Shown: piece after piece, positions 49,827 through 61,912 of the stretch | Layout of the letters: every line of letters begins with the position of its first letter | How positions within the stretch are numbered: position 1 is the stretch's first letter | Source of the DNA: Lepidodermella squamata | Lineage: Eukaryota; Animalia; Gastrotricha | Length of the DNA stretch: 64,000 nucleotides | Assembly (NCBI GenBank): GCA_047495785.1 | Contig: JBLDXI010000015.1 | Span: 3,906,001-3,970,000, forward strand | Direction: 5' to 3' | The notes under the pieces: generated by a model | The model's database searches: none | Seen by the model: the letters and a program-made list of their open reading frames with translations, nothing else | Told to the model about the DNA's origin: nothing | Translations under genes and position numbers: made by a program

Positions 49827-52800
49827 ATGGCCTCAATAACTGACAACCCGTCGGTCTACCTTAGTTTTTGCCGCCAAAGTGAACGCTGCTCGGATGTAGC
49901 TCAACTCGCTAGCCTACTACGCGAGAAAAACGGCGTTGTATTTCGAGGCGATGAAAATGAGAAATGCAGCTCGGAGGTTGCCTCAAAAGTAAGAAATTGC
50001 AAGATGAACGATTTGCCGAAAAATTAATTCCTAAATTAAGGCCATCAACGACTCGGACGTCGTTATCATTTTCATCACTTCAGAGTACTATGACTGCGAG
50101 AATTGTAAACGCGAGGCTGAGTACATTTTCAACAAGAAAAATGGCTTTGTCCCAGTGCGAATGTCCTCGCGACCTCTGAATGGCTGGATTGGATTGTCCA
50201 TCGCCGGGAAGCTCTACGTTGATTTCTCAAGAAATTCTTCCAACTCCGGGGAGGTTTTCAAGTCCACTGCGGCTGAAATCTTCAAGAAAATCTACGGCTA
50301 CTTGAGAGCCCAACAAAAACACGGTGGACTAGAGACTGCGTTCAAGTATGCAAAAATTAATAAAAAAATCGTTAAAATCCCGCCCCAAATTTTTTTTCAG
50401 GGCTGAGATTGAAAGTTTGCATATCGAAGTTGAGAATGATCGGCTCGAGAAGGTTCGAAAGGCGAGAGAGTCGAGAGAAATAAAATCGCGGTCAAGTTTG
50501 AGCCCTCTTCCGAGCTCATCAGCAAGCTCAGTCATTTTGGACCCGAATCGCGAGCCTCAAGTCTTGGTTAGCTACGACTGGAGGCAAGATCCAAGTGAAG
50601 TCGGAGAAATAATTGAACAGTTGAATACGTACGAAGTTTTGGCCTATAGTACGGATGGAGACGCGGCAAATTCTTTCTATCAGGACATAACACAGGTTTC
50701 TAATACCTTGGAAAACCGCATAATTTATGTAATTTACATTTGGCTAGATTGTTCAAACCGCTGATGTTGTCGTAGTGTTGTTCTCGAAAGCTTACAAGAT
50801 GAACAATGAATGTAAAATGACCGCCGACTGGGCGAAAAGACTCCGCAAAATAATCATCCCCGTGAGACAAGAACTAGAATGTGCTGTTGACGGCGAGCTA
50901 GAAGTGATATTCGGTGGTGACGAAGTGATCGATCTGCCTTCTCTGAAAAGCCCTTCAAAGTGCGCATCTGCCATCATCGAACGAATCGCATCACTTCGGA
51001 ATAACAGGTAAAATACCCAAATAATCATTTGACGATTAAACCTACTATACTATAAATAGTATTGAGCGTCGAAAGCAAGACTCATCGGACAAAAAAAAGC
51101 CAGGTCACACCGCAGTTCCAAGCAAGTCAAAGTTAGCTATAGTCTAATAGTTGTTTATTTTCGCTTTTTTAGGCGACGAAGAGAGGCTGCAGATATTTGT
51201 TTCTTATTGCCTACTATCAGCCGAGCGGCTGGCGAGTGTAGAAAAGGTGATAGCAGGTTTGAAAAAGCGAACCGATCTCGTCATCGGTGTTGGAAAAGAT
51301 TCGCATGAACATTTTGATCGAAGCAGAATCGCAAAGGTAATCTGATTTTTTTTCATTTAACCCTTTCACGGCGGGAAGGACGATTTCGGAATTTCGACTT
51401 TGAAAATTCGCAGAAAATTGAATTCGATGAATTGTTGATCGTCCTTTCCAGGAATATTGCTTTTCGATGTTGGCTACACGGTTTTGAGACAAGTTCGCCG
51501 TTATCTTGCATGGTCAGGACATACAAGCAATTTGAAAATAGTCAACCTGAGATTGAAGTTTCGATTTTTTTCAACTTGAAATTTCATAGGTTTCTGATCA
51601 TTGTTTGATTCAACAAAAAATACCACCGTGTCCGCCATAGTCTCATTGACCTCTGTGTAAATTTTTTCGAGTTGGAAATTAAAATTGACGACGCTATTGA
51701 CATTTAATCAAACCGGCCGAAATCGTCCTATCCGCCAGGACTCATACAGGCGGAGTGCGTGGTTTTTGTGCTGCAAAAACTGTCGCGAGCAAAAACTGGA
51801 ATAGCTGAATTCAGATCTGAATGCTGAGCCTCTGAAACTTTTTTAAACTGAATGTTTTCGGCGATTTAAGTGAGGGAGAATATTGGGGACATTCATGGGA
51901 GTAATTTATAATCTAAAATTCCAAAGCTGGAATCACCTGACACAGAAAATAGGGTGTTCGAAAAATCTGCTGAAATCAGCTGGGCGGATAGGACGATTTC
52001 GGCCAGTTTTTGTACAGCATTAACGGTGATAGATAGAGATAAACGGGTTTCAAAATCGTGATCGGGGCCCTTTAAAACCCCTAGAACTGCCGTCAAATAT
52101 TTTTTCTCCCGCAGATAAATAATTCCGTCATGAAAGGGTAACTCTTCATCTCTTCTAAATTAACAGATGATTGAATGCTGCAATTACGCGATAATCTTTG
52201 TAAACCGAGGCTCCAGCGCTTGTGGCATATGCGCTCGAGAAATTGATTACGTTTTGAGGACTGAAAAGCGCTACGTTGTAGTCGAGCTCGAACGTGACTG
52301 CACATCCTCGGGGGCTGATGGTATCCTCGGAAGTGGCAAAATGCCAGTTGAATTCTTCTCGGATAAGGATCCTATCGTAGCTGAGCTAGAGCTGCTCTTT
52401 CAAATGTTCAAATATTTCGAAAAAAATGGCGCCCAGCAACTGCTCCAGTATTACGAGTTTGTTTTAATAGCTTTTGAAATTGTGTTTTTTTCAAATTTTT
52501 TCATTAATAGGCTTCAGAGGTTGCAAATTCAACAAGAATTAATCAAGCAAATGTCGCATCAGCGCCCTAATACTGAAGAATCTGATTACCTTCTAAGCAA
52601 AAGGCTCAGGCCAAGGAAGCGGGAACCACTCAAGAGTAAAAACTACCACTTATTGATTTCTAGATTGATTCTAAATTCTATTTCTTATTGTTTAGGGACA
52701 ATTCGTAAAGCTGACCCAAACTCTGAGATCAAGGTTTTCATAAGCTACAACTGGTCACAAAAAGCTGAGGACTACAAAGCTGTCGCAGCTCTTCTCCGTC

Positions 52801-53261
52801 AAACAAATGAATACTGCCCGATAAACGTTTGGATCGATGAGAAGAACATGGAAAATGATTTAAGGGATAACATGTCAAAGGTAAAAGGATAATTCAGATC
52901 AATAACAAAATTATTATTAATTATTATTATTATTATTATTATTAGCTAATATTATTAGCTAATATATTATTATTAGCACGGTGGCTCAGTTGGGTTGATG
53001 AGCAACTGTGTATCTGAGGGGATATTGCTCGGGACTGGGTTCAAGTCCTAGTGACGGAACCAGGATCGAGTCCCCCCTTGGCCCCGCGGTGGTTTTACCA
53101 ATCCATCGCGTTACAAAATAGAAAATTGGGAGACTGGGAGTGTCAGCTAGACTGCACCAGTCAAATCCCGTCATACGGAAATCTTACTCACTTACGATAA
53201 GACCTAGGGCTAGAGTAAGTGGCATGCCCTTCTAGTCCTCAAAGCTCGCTTTGAAACAGAA

Positions 53262-53303
<42 letters not shown>

Positions 53304-56300
53304 GGCGTTTATCTCAGGGTATCGAGGGCAGCGATGTTGTTGTAATTTTCCACACCCCGCAATACCTGCAACGACCCAATTGCAAGAAAGAGGGCCATTA
53401 TGCGATTGACAATAACCTCTACGTCATACCGGTTCAAGTCGAGCCGGACTCTCCGATTGACCAATGGCTGGCGCTGCGTCTTCGGGACAACCAGGAAGCG
53501 ATTGCATTCGACAACGCAGAACAAGTTGCTGCGGCTATTTTGGACCGAATACTCGTTGCCTTCAATTTCAAGTAAAAACCTAGAGCAATGTAATAATTGT
53601 CTTCTATTTACTCATTTTAGGGTCAAGCGGCATAATTTACCCAGCGAAGTAGGCGAAACGATCAGTCGAAAGGACTATGGTCCCCTCAGAGCAATGATAC
53701 AAACATTGTGTTTAGAGCCATCAAAAAGTTCAGATTTTGGAAAATTTCACAACTTCACCTTCATCTTTCTGCTTCTAGAATGTCTCTCTATGCTCGTTTT
53801 TGGGGAGGCAAATGTTGGAAAAACTGCTCTTGTCGCAAACGCTCTCAGCGACCAAGCGAGCGAAGCTTATCTACTCAAAGAGTGCCGGGTCCGATTCGTT
53901 GGATGGATCAGTGCTTCATTAGACAGCAACGTTTTCGAAAGAACCACATTTCTCGAGCAGCTAAGAGAACTCTTCTACGAAACCACTGGGATCGCTATCA
54001 GTCAACTTACGGTGGCCGCCTTCAAAAAGGCCCTCGCCCAAATTACCGACGAAAATAACCTGTTTTTGCTGGTCATTGATGATATTAGCAACATCGAAGT
54101 CCTGCAACTAGTCAGCGAACTTGGGCCATCTGTTCGTTGTATAGCGATTTCTAGCGTTCTCGGTGAAGAATGTATAGACAGCAACGTTGGTGTGTTCAAA
54201 TGCTTGAATATCGCCCTCAGCCAGGAAGAAGCAGCCGACGTGTTGCTAAGCATCACCCCGCGGAATCGTAACTCGCAATACAGGGGCGACGTCAAAGCCC
54301 TTGGAGCGAGACTGAAGGCGAAGCCTTCTATGCTAAGATTGTGCAGGTCTGCACTAAATCTACGCCACACTGATTCGAACGCGTCAGACTTCGATAGGCG
54401 CCTCAGTTCTCTCCTTGTTGTCGACTCTGAACTGGATGATAAAGACGTGCTGCTTGACATAATGACCAAGTTCTTCCAGCAGAAAGACGTCCCTGTCACT
54501 CAACAGATGTTTCTTACTCTGATGATCTTCGAACCGGGAGAAAACATTGATGTCAAAGACCTGGCTTGTATATGGGGTAATTCAGGCAGCATCAAGCTGA
54601 TCTGCCGAGCTCTTGAGGAGAACTGCCTACTGAAAGTTGTTCGCAAGTCAAGCGAGGCGAGGAGGGTCGTTTTCGATTCCGCAATTCAAGGCGCGGCAAT
54701 TGAATACGCGGCAAAGTCAGGATTCGCAAATTCGAAAGAAGCCTTGATTTCCAAAGTTATCTCCCTCGATGTACTCAGGAACACTGCGAAGCGCATGAGG
54801 TCCAGTCTTTTGAATAGACTGATAAATCTTCTTGACGAGAAAACTCTAGCGGAACGTTGCAAGTTTCGCTCCCCGGTGACGAATAACAGGAACTTCCTTC
54901 AATTCCTTTACTCCTACAAAGATCAATGGCGGATTTTCGAAGGAACTGATTCGGAAAAGAGCATTGCGATTGAATTTATGCTGAAAATTCTGCAAAGGCT
55001 CTACAATGCTGATCCAGATGTGATCAAAGAAATTGTATCAGCCTCGGATAATGAAGGCGACTGTTTGTTACTTCAAGTCATGGATAACAAGTCGTATAAC
55101 AAGAAAATTGAACATCAACAACTAGCCCACGTCTTGGAGTCTATGGGAGGTTATCGGATCCAAACTTCATGTTTAGAGAGCCGGTACTGGATCCTTCTTA
55201 CTAAGAAGCTTGCGGCGAAATCGAATCACCTGTTGATTTTTAAAATACTTACCGGTGAAATCCACTCCGTGGTCAAGTCGATTCCGACAATGGCGGACAG
55301 CATCAATGACAGATGTGAACCATCGGGGGAAACTGCGTTATCAGTAGCTTCCGCTAAAGGATTGGATAGAGTTGTAGCTCGATTAATCGAACATGGCGCT
55401 AACGTTAACATTTGCAATGTCGAGGGCGTTACTCCATTGCATAGATCGTCATTCAACGGGCACTTGAAAATCGCGAAACTTATTTTCGAGAATGGCGCTA
55501 AAGTCGATGCGAAGGATACGAAAGGCTTTACAGCTCTAATGAACGCTGCGATCGCAGGCCATTTTGAGGTTGTTACTTACCTCGTAAAATCGGCGAATGC
55601 TAACGTGAATCTTCGCAGTAAGTTAGGCTTTACATCACTAATGTTCGCGGCGCGGAATGGTTATAGGAAAATTGTTGAATTTCTATGCGAAAATGGAGCT
55701 GACGTGAATGCGAGGACTGAGCAAGGTGGGACTGCGTTCAGATACGCGGCTCAACATGGCCATCTAGAAATTGTCGAGTATCTTGCCGAAAAAGGAAAGG
55801 CACTAGCAGCCGAATCAGAAATAAACACCCGTCTTCCTCCTGTGATGATCACAGCCGCGATGAATGGCCATTTTTTCATGGTTCAATACCTGGTTGAGAA
55901 GGCCAAATTGTCGCCGTTGTGTCTGGATTCTCAGAAACATACTGCTTTAATGCATGCTGTTCGCCATGGTCACCTGGCCGTTGCGAAACTCCTCCGCGCC
56001 TATCGTGTTGACGTGAATGCGGCTAATGAAAACGGAACCACAGCTCTGTTTTACGCAGCTTATTACGGATTTGTTGAAATAGCGAGATTTTTAATAGAAA
56101 ACGGGGCTAGAATCAATGCGAAGAATATTCCCGGGCAAACACCGATCATGCGAGCTGTCGAGGGTGATCAGCGTGATATGGTCGTCTATCTCCGCGAAAA
56201 CGGGGCCGAATTGACGCTGACAGACGCGCGTGAAGGCAGCAGTTGCTTGATGATAGCCGCAAAAAATAATAACCCGGAAATGGTTCATCTTCTACAACGC

Positions 56301-56600
56301 CTCGGTGCCGATTTGAACCAAACTAATCGAGCTGGGCTGACTCCTATCATGATGGCTGCACGTAAGGGCTTCAGCGAGGTTGTCGAGGTTCTGCTAGAGT
56401 ATGGCGCCGATGTCGAGGTGGAGGATTCGCAGGGTTGGAATGCGGTCACCCATGCGAAGAAAGGCGGGCATTTCGATATTGTGGAGAAACTGACGGAAGC
56501 CGGGGCGTTGTCACAGACTGTTATACCGATTAGTCACATTGCCAGCCCTATGAGTTTAGGGCCAATGATGTCATTAATGCCGCCGAGTAACGAGGACTAA
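49827..56600 (+). CDS. 4xTIR - STAND NTPase (NB-ARC-like) - ankyrin repeat protein; multi-exon, large last exon approx 53621-56600
   Basis: Four TIR starts (VYLSF, VLVSYDW, IFVSY, VFISYNW), each followed by a DVVxxF..Y..C..E-type exon. Walker A GEANVGKT and Walker B FLLVIDDI. Winged-helix DLACIW. About 11 ankyrin repeats. Confidence 0.85.
51361..52138. mobile_element. Older piggyBac-like MITE in an intron of the TIR gene
   Basis: Left end TTAA|ccctttcacggcgg; right end ccgtcatgaaaggg|taac (2 mismatches, degenerate TSD). Confidence 0.6.
52977..53300 (+). mobile_element. tRNA-derived SINE with (TTA)n tail, intronic
   Basis: A box TGGCTCAGTTGG near 52982 and B box GGTTCAAGTCC near 53038, then a non-tRNA body and a (TTA)n tail. 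Inserted within a TTA microsatellite. Confidence 0.75.
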
Positions 56601-56707
56601 TTATCATTATTATTCAAGTTATTCAAGTAAACTCAATTGGAATCAATAAAAATTTTCGATTTTATTCTATTACAAATGATTTCTTACTCATATGGCCTGT
56701 AAATTTT

Positions 56708-57062
56708 CTATCTAATCAACAACGCCGCAGTAAGGCGATTCGACTTCGGTGTCAATAAAAAACCGACCAGTAAATTTGTTGACATTCGTATCGTAGAGTA
56801 GGGTTTTATTCGCGTGCCAGCCCATGCGGGTGCTGATTCCTGATAGGGCGCCGTGCATGGTGTACACTTACTAGCCGGGGCCTTGGCGCAACTCCTCGCG
56901 ACATAGAGACAAGTCTCGCCGATCGACAAGGTGAATAACTCCAAGGCACGGCGAGATGAACAGCGTTGAGGTAGGTCAGAGTCCTTACCCTCACATTTAG
57001 GTTGGGCGTGAAGGTTCCAATTTACGAAAAAGTCCATATGCCACACAGCCTCATCCGCACCA
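56708..57062 (-). pseudogene. Duplicated 3' fragment of the lipase-like gene (frameshifted, 5'-truncated)
   Basis: Nearly identical to 61913-62260. A small indel near 56830 shifts the frame (QESAPAW vs QQCIRMGW). Confidence 0.85.
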
Positions 57063-57383
57063 TAGAACCAATAAGAGTAATCTCACAAAATTCCAAGAGC
57101 TGATTTCATCAGATGCCATCACGTCCTGAACCTCAACAGCTACTACGGCTGGTCACGCGGTCTTCCTCACTAACGCCTAGATAACGTAGCAAACTCGCTG
57201 ACCACTGGATCGATGTTGACGCTGACGACAGGCTCGACTTCGAAAGCTGATGATCAGCTGATCCACGGTCACGTCCGCGTCCACGGCCGCGAGCACGCGT
57301 AGAAATTTCCCCGTAATACGAGCGGAATAGATTGCAGGGCTTATAGGAATGATGAGCTGCAATTTCAGCATTTTGTACATCGT

Positions 57384-57569
57384 TAGCGACGCGCCAAAAC
57401 AACCACTTTACTATTTATAGCTTTTTTATGGGAAGTACGTTCGACGTAAATTCAGATTACGATAAGTACGATTAGCGCTCAAATCAGCCGAACGTACTCC
57501 TTCTTTACGTTCGGCTCGTCAAAGTACGATCGAATGAGTCACCAAAGTGGTTGTTTTGGCGCGTCGCTA
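57384..57569. mobile_element. Small MITE (~186 bp)
   Basis: Perfect 26-bp TIR tagcgacgcgccaaaacaaccacttt / aaagtggttgttttggcgcgtcgcta. Internal aagtacg repeats. Confidence 0.8.
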
Positions 57570-58901
57570 TAACGACATTGTAATAACTCTCCGCGTAAAT
57601 AATATGTGATTTCTCGAAAATATCCCACCCCTCGAAAATATCCCCCACCCCCGCCCCGAATACAACCCTAAAACAACAACCATTTGATCATGAATTTACC
57701 GCACCTCGAAATTCTACCCCTTCTCAAGTTAAAAATGCACTGCGCAGTGTCAATTTATTAACGAAATTTAAATTGCGCTACACCAGACTGTTGTTCAGCT
57801 TGGGCTTCGCGTCAGATTATTAGAGCAAAATCGATTATAAAAGGACGAGAAGGGAAGTGGCAGTGGCATCCTCTAGAATCATTTTGAATTTTAACTTAGA
57901 ATTAATCAGCAACCCAATAGAAATCGACGCTGAAAGTGACTCAGCCGAAGAGGCCAACACTGGCAACGACATTTTCGATGAATAAAACAAACTTTTAATG
58001 CCAATAAATGTGCTACATCTTTCATTTTCACACTCAAGTTTTAAACAATTAATTTGCTTATATCTGAGAAATTTTCTCATGGATCAACGTTCACATTTTT
58101 ATACAAATTTAGGGCACCATCGAGAGGGTTTTCATTGTTCACTTTTTCAACTTTGTAACGGTAAGGAATTAGCCCTTGGGATTTTGTGAGATTACTCATA
58201 TTGGTTCTAACAATGTATGAACGAAAGGGGAGTTATTTTTAAACCTTTGACTCATGTCAGAATTGTACTTTTACAACAATGATAAACGATAAAAAGTCAT
58301 AAAACGGTCATTATTAGTTAAACAGATGTGGGAATATCATAGATAAAACTGGATTTTGTGGGTATTTTCGTGTCGTTTTTTCTTTGGTAGCTTTGATGTC
58401 TACGTTGACGACCGCCATGTCATGATCAGCCGCAAGGCAAGTGCCCTTGTTTAATTTGTTTCGTTTAACAGAGGTATAGAGTGAACCCGCCGGGATCCAA
58501 GCTTCGCGGTTCGCGCGCGATAACTCAAGCTCAGTTGGGGCCTCAGATGAAAGCCGAGGTAGCAAAACTTGTTCCCCTGCGGCAATTGCTACTGGCGTAG
58601 TGACCGAATACCATCGACTCGCTAGGTGTCTTGCACCAGTGCTAGTTGACTCAGAGAGGCCCATCAGACGCAGGTGTTGTAGTTTATCCAATACGGCCAG
58701 TTGAGCGCATCGTCGGCAAATGTGCTTTTCGAAACGCGGAGCGAGCAGTCGTCTGGTTGTGAATCCATCAAACATAACAAAACACAACACAACACAACAC
58801 AACAACACACAGCACACAGAGAAAAAGTATTGCCACATCAAGAACCAAATAGTGCGATTTTTCTTGCGATTGTTGTTTATGTCAATCTCCTGCTTTCAGT
58901 A

Positions 58902-61127
58902 CTAAGCGAAAACGGGATAGAAAATTATAGCCGTTATTGAGGCTGACAAAAGCATGCAAGCTACAGCAATCGTATCTTGACTCGCTATCAGTGATGACTG
59001 CGCTAACAGAATGGCAAATATCGACGCAACTGAAATAGTGACCAAGTTTGCCATTGCTATGCCGAAAACACGATCTTTCCGTTGTATTCTTAGCGACCGA
59101 AGCCTAAACGCAAGTAAACATCCTGTAAATTGTAGGAATAGATGAACGGCTGCAAATGCGAGGTAATAAGCGTCTTGCGCCGCTGACAGACACACCGGTT
59201 CTAGCATCAGCGTGAGAGTATCACTTTCAAGGTCATATAGTTCCTTCGCACTTTTCATCCACTTCAGATGAGGTGGGTCTGATACTACCAAAACAGTGGC
59301 GATAATAAAATTCACAATTGTCCAGCAAATAATTGCAGTGACTACTTTGATGTGGTGTTTAGAGTAGACATGGATGTACTCGGTTCTACCTCGCCTCGAA
59401 GCAACAGACCTTTTACCCGGCTTGTAACTGCTAGATCTCAATAAAGCATACCTTTTAAATTGCTTGGCGCTGTGGGCTAAGGAAGCTAGCCTGAAGAAAA
59501 CGGAGCCATCTAAAACCGACATCCCGATAATTACGAGAACAGGTCTTATACGGCATAGATCTGCAGTTAAAGCGTAAAATATCGCTGCAGAGTCAAGAAT
59601 AACGCATCCGATAAGCAAGACGCGATAATCCCACGCGTGAGAGAAACGTGACTTTTTCTTCAGTCTGGGGTGTAAAAATATGCCCAAATTAGCAACGGCC
59701 GTTAGCGATGCGCAAGCAATGATTGCAACAGTGGCAGGTACACTGAGACGTATTTCAATTATTGAAATTGACGCTGAGTCTCGAGGAGGACGTGAATCAT
59801 CAGTTGCCCAATCAATGCGTAGCAGCTCCACGATGCTCCCCAGCGATTCCGGAACTTGTTTGAAATGGGCTTGATGGCCGCGTTTCGCGTTCCAAGATTG
59901 AACATATAGCGGGTCATCATCAAATTCCAATCGCTTTGAATATTTCAGAGGGCCTGTTCTAAGCCCGATGAAATCAGTATCAGCAACACTGTTATTGACA
60001 ACCTTCATAATCGTTTCGGGTTCAATTTTGAAATCACGTAGCGATTTCCCAATTAGGGACAATTGTTTTTCAGATTTATCCAAAGCTAAAACTGCCATCA
60101 GCATCATATCGTGGCAGTTATACTGGTCCGCGAAGTCTGATGTTGCATTTTGTCGAATTTGCCGAAATTTTGATTCGTAAACAGATTTGCTCATGCCAAG
60201 GATAGACGTATTTGAGTGGTTTTCCATGGGAATCCGGGGTGGGCCAAAAAGAAAAGATTGCTGATACTGCGCAATAATCATTTCCTTCGTACATCCAGGA
60301 CTAATTACATCAGGTAGACCTAAAGGGTCCATTGTACCGGATGTGCAAAACAGAAAAGCATATCGACTACCTCGTATGCCAGATGCGTGTGCGAAGCAGA
60401 AAAATTTGAGTAAAACTGGAAGCTCAGCAATGTGGAGAACAAATATTCTGGCGTCACTACGCTTCATTGATTCGACAGTTGCCATGCTGATCTGTGGTCC
60501 GACATCAACCCACACAAGGCTGACGCCGAAATGGTCGACCATCGAATAAAAATGAGTAGCTAGCATTGTGTTATAAGAATTTTCCGCGTTTGCGTACATA
60601 GCTATCTTCGTCCAGCCCATGCGTTTCACAAAGTGGAGAGCGATCGAGTGGTGCATTTCAGCTGAGCTATAAACGCGATATAAATTAGGAAATATCTTGC
60701 GATTCTCTGTGTATATAGGACTCAAGCACGAGAATGCGATAGCCACGCTGTGTATGTGATGTGCCATAGCTCCGAAAGACTTACAACCAGGCGTGAATGT
60801 GCCGCCAAGAATGATAGGAGACTGATAGGTCGAAACCAAATTCTTGTCCATTTCGCGCGAAAAAGAAACAGCAAGCTTGGTGTCAAACACGCCACCTGGG
60901 CCGTCGTCTAACGCCCGAACAAGGATGTGGTAGTCGGGCAAGATATCTGATCTGCGGTTGATTTCTCCCGCGACGAACTGAGCTGCAGCAGTGCAAGTCA
61001 TCTTATCGACTGGAAGGTTTTGTTCTCCTAACAGATGCAGAACTGTGAGGTTGTAAGGTTTTGATACCGACAATTTGACTGCTAAGGAGACGAGGAACAA
61101 TCCTCTAACGATGTTTATCGGCTGCAT
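58902..61127 (-). CDS. Intronless class C GPCR (GABA-B receptor-like), paralog 2
   Basis: Signal peptide; INRRSDILPDY, FPNLYRV, MGWTKIA, MKRSDARIFV, HDMMLMAVLALD; 7TM ending FYP. Confidence 0.82.
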   Translation of the reverse strand: MQPINIVRGLFLVSLAVKLSVSKPYNLTVLHLLGEQNLPVDKMTCTAAAQFVAGEINRRSDILPDYHILVRALDDGPGGVFDTKLAVSFSREMDKNLVSTYQSPIILGGTFTPGCKSFGAMAHHIHSVAIAFSCLSPIYTENRKIFPNLYRVYSSAEMHHSIALHFVKRMGWTKIAMYANAENSYNTMLATHFYSMVDHFGVSLVWVDVGPQISMATVESMKRSDARIFVLHIAELPVLLKFFCFAHASGIRGSRYAFLFCTSGTMDPLGLPDVISPGCTKEMIIAQYQQSFLFGPPRIPMENHSNTSILGMSKSVYESKFRQIRQNATSDFADQYNCHDMMLMAVLALDKSEKQLSLIGKSLRDFKIEPETIMKVVNNSVADTDFIGLRTGPLKYSKRLEFDDDPLYVQSWNAKRGHQAHFKQVPESLGSIVELLRIDWATDDSRPPRDSASISIIEIRLSVPATVAIIACASLTAVANLGIFLHPRLKKKSRFSHAWDYRVLLIGCVILDSAAIFYALTADLCRIRPVLVIIGMSVLDGSVFFRLASLAHSAKQFKRYALLRSSSYKPGKRSVASRRGRTEYIHVYSKHHIKVVTAIICWTIVNFIIATVLVVSDPPHLKWMKSAKELYDLESDTLTLMLEPVCLSAAQDAYYLAFAAVHLFLQFTGCLLAFRLRSLRIQRKDRVFGIAMANLVTISVASIFAILLAQSSLIASQDTIAVACMLLSASITAIIFYPVFA

Positions 61128-61155
61128 TTCAATTGACTGCTGAAAAAATGGGTCA

Positions 61156-61542
61156 GTGCAGGTTTTAAACAGCGACGCGCTCATCAAAAATGAAACCTGA
61201 TATCAAGTATCATATGATGCAGGTTTGGCACAACCCCGAACCCCGGTTTTAAACGCGCTCATTAAAAATGGATGTGGCTATGTGAACACAGGAAAAGTGT
61301 ATCGCCCAAAATGGCTATGCGTACACACATTGCGTGACACACAGCCAGATTTAAGCGCGCGTTGTGTTCAAGTAGCCAATCACGCACGCACAATGTGTAC
61401 GTATAGCCATTGGGTGATCCTGTGTTCACATAGACAGGACCAAAATGCTGAAAAGATCGGTCCGTGCAGGTTTTAAACAGCGACGCGCTCATTAAAAATG
61501 AAACCTGATATGTATCATATGAAGCAGGTTCGGCACAACCCC
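61156..61542. repeat. ~85-bp direct repeat (2 copies plus a partial) upstream of GPCR paralog 2
   Basis: gtgcaggttttaaacagcgacgcgctcat...ggcacaacccc at about 61156 and 61464; partial copy near 61246. Confidence 0.75.
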
Positions 61543-61639
61543 AACAATTGTCCCTTCGCAAAGGAATTTTACCAACATTAACACGTTCACCGCGGCAGCT
61601 AATAATCAGGGAGCGCTCACAACAGCCGTCTGAAGCCGT

Positions 61640-61770
61640 GCTAACGTGAATCTTCGCAGTAAGTAAGGCTTTACTGCACTTGCGACGCGGAATGGTTATA
61701 GGAAACTTGTTGAATTTCTATGCGAAAATGGCCAATGATGTCATCAATGCCACCGAGTAACGAGGACTGA
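61640..61770 (+). pseudogene. Relic of the 3' end of the TIR-STAND-ANK gene with an internal deletion
   Basis: Matches 55599-55696 joined directly to 56560-56600; contains indels. Confidence 0.85.
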
Positions 61771-61912
61771 TTAATCATTATAATTAATTAATTGTTATTA
61801 TTCAAGTTATTCAAGAAAATTCAATTGGAATAAATATAATTTTTCGATTTTATTCTAACACAAAATTTGATTTTATACTCATATGGCCTGTAAATTTAGC
61901 AAATTTGTCTAT

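Noticed and set aside
52977-53065. tRNA gene
   Set aside because: It has A and B boxes but no convincing cloverleaf or acceptor stem, and it continues into a SINE body and tail.
53400-53620. N-terminus of the 1066-aa ORF as a real start
   Set aside because: The TIR4 exon is in another frame here and an intron follows; the true coding frame joins near 53621.
58314-58841. 175-aa ORF
   Set aside because: Its N-terminus derives from an (ACACA)n microsatellite and no family motif is recognisable.
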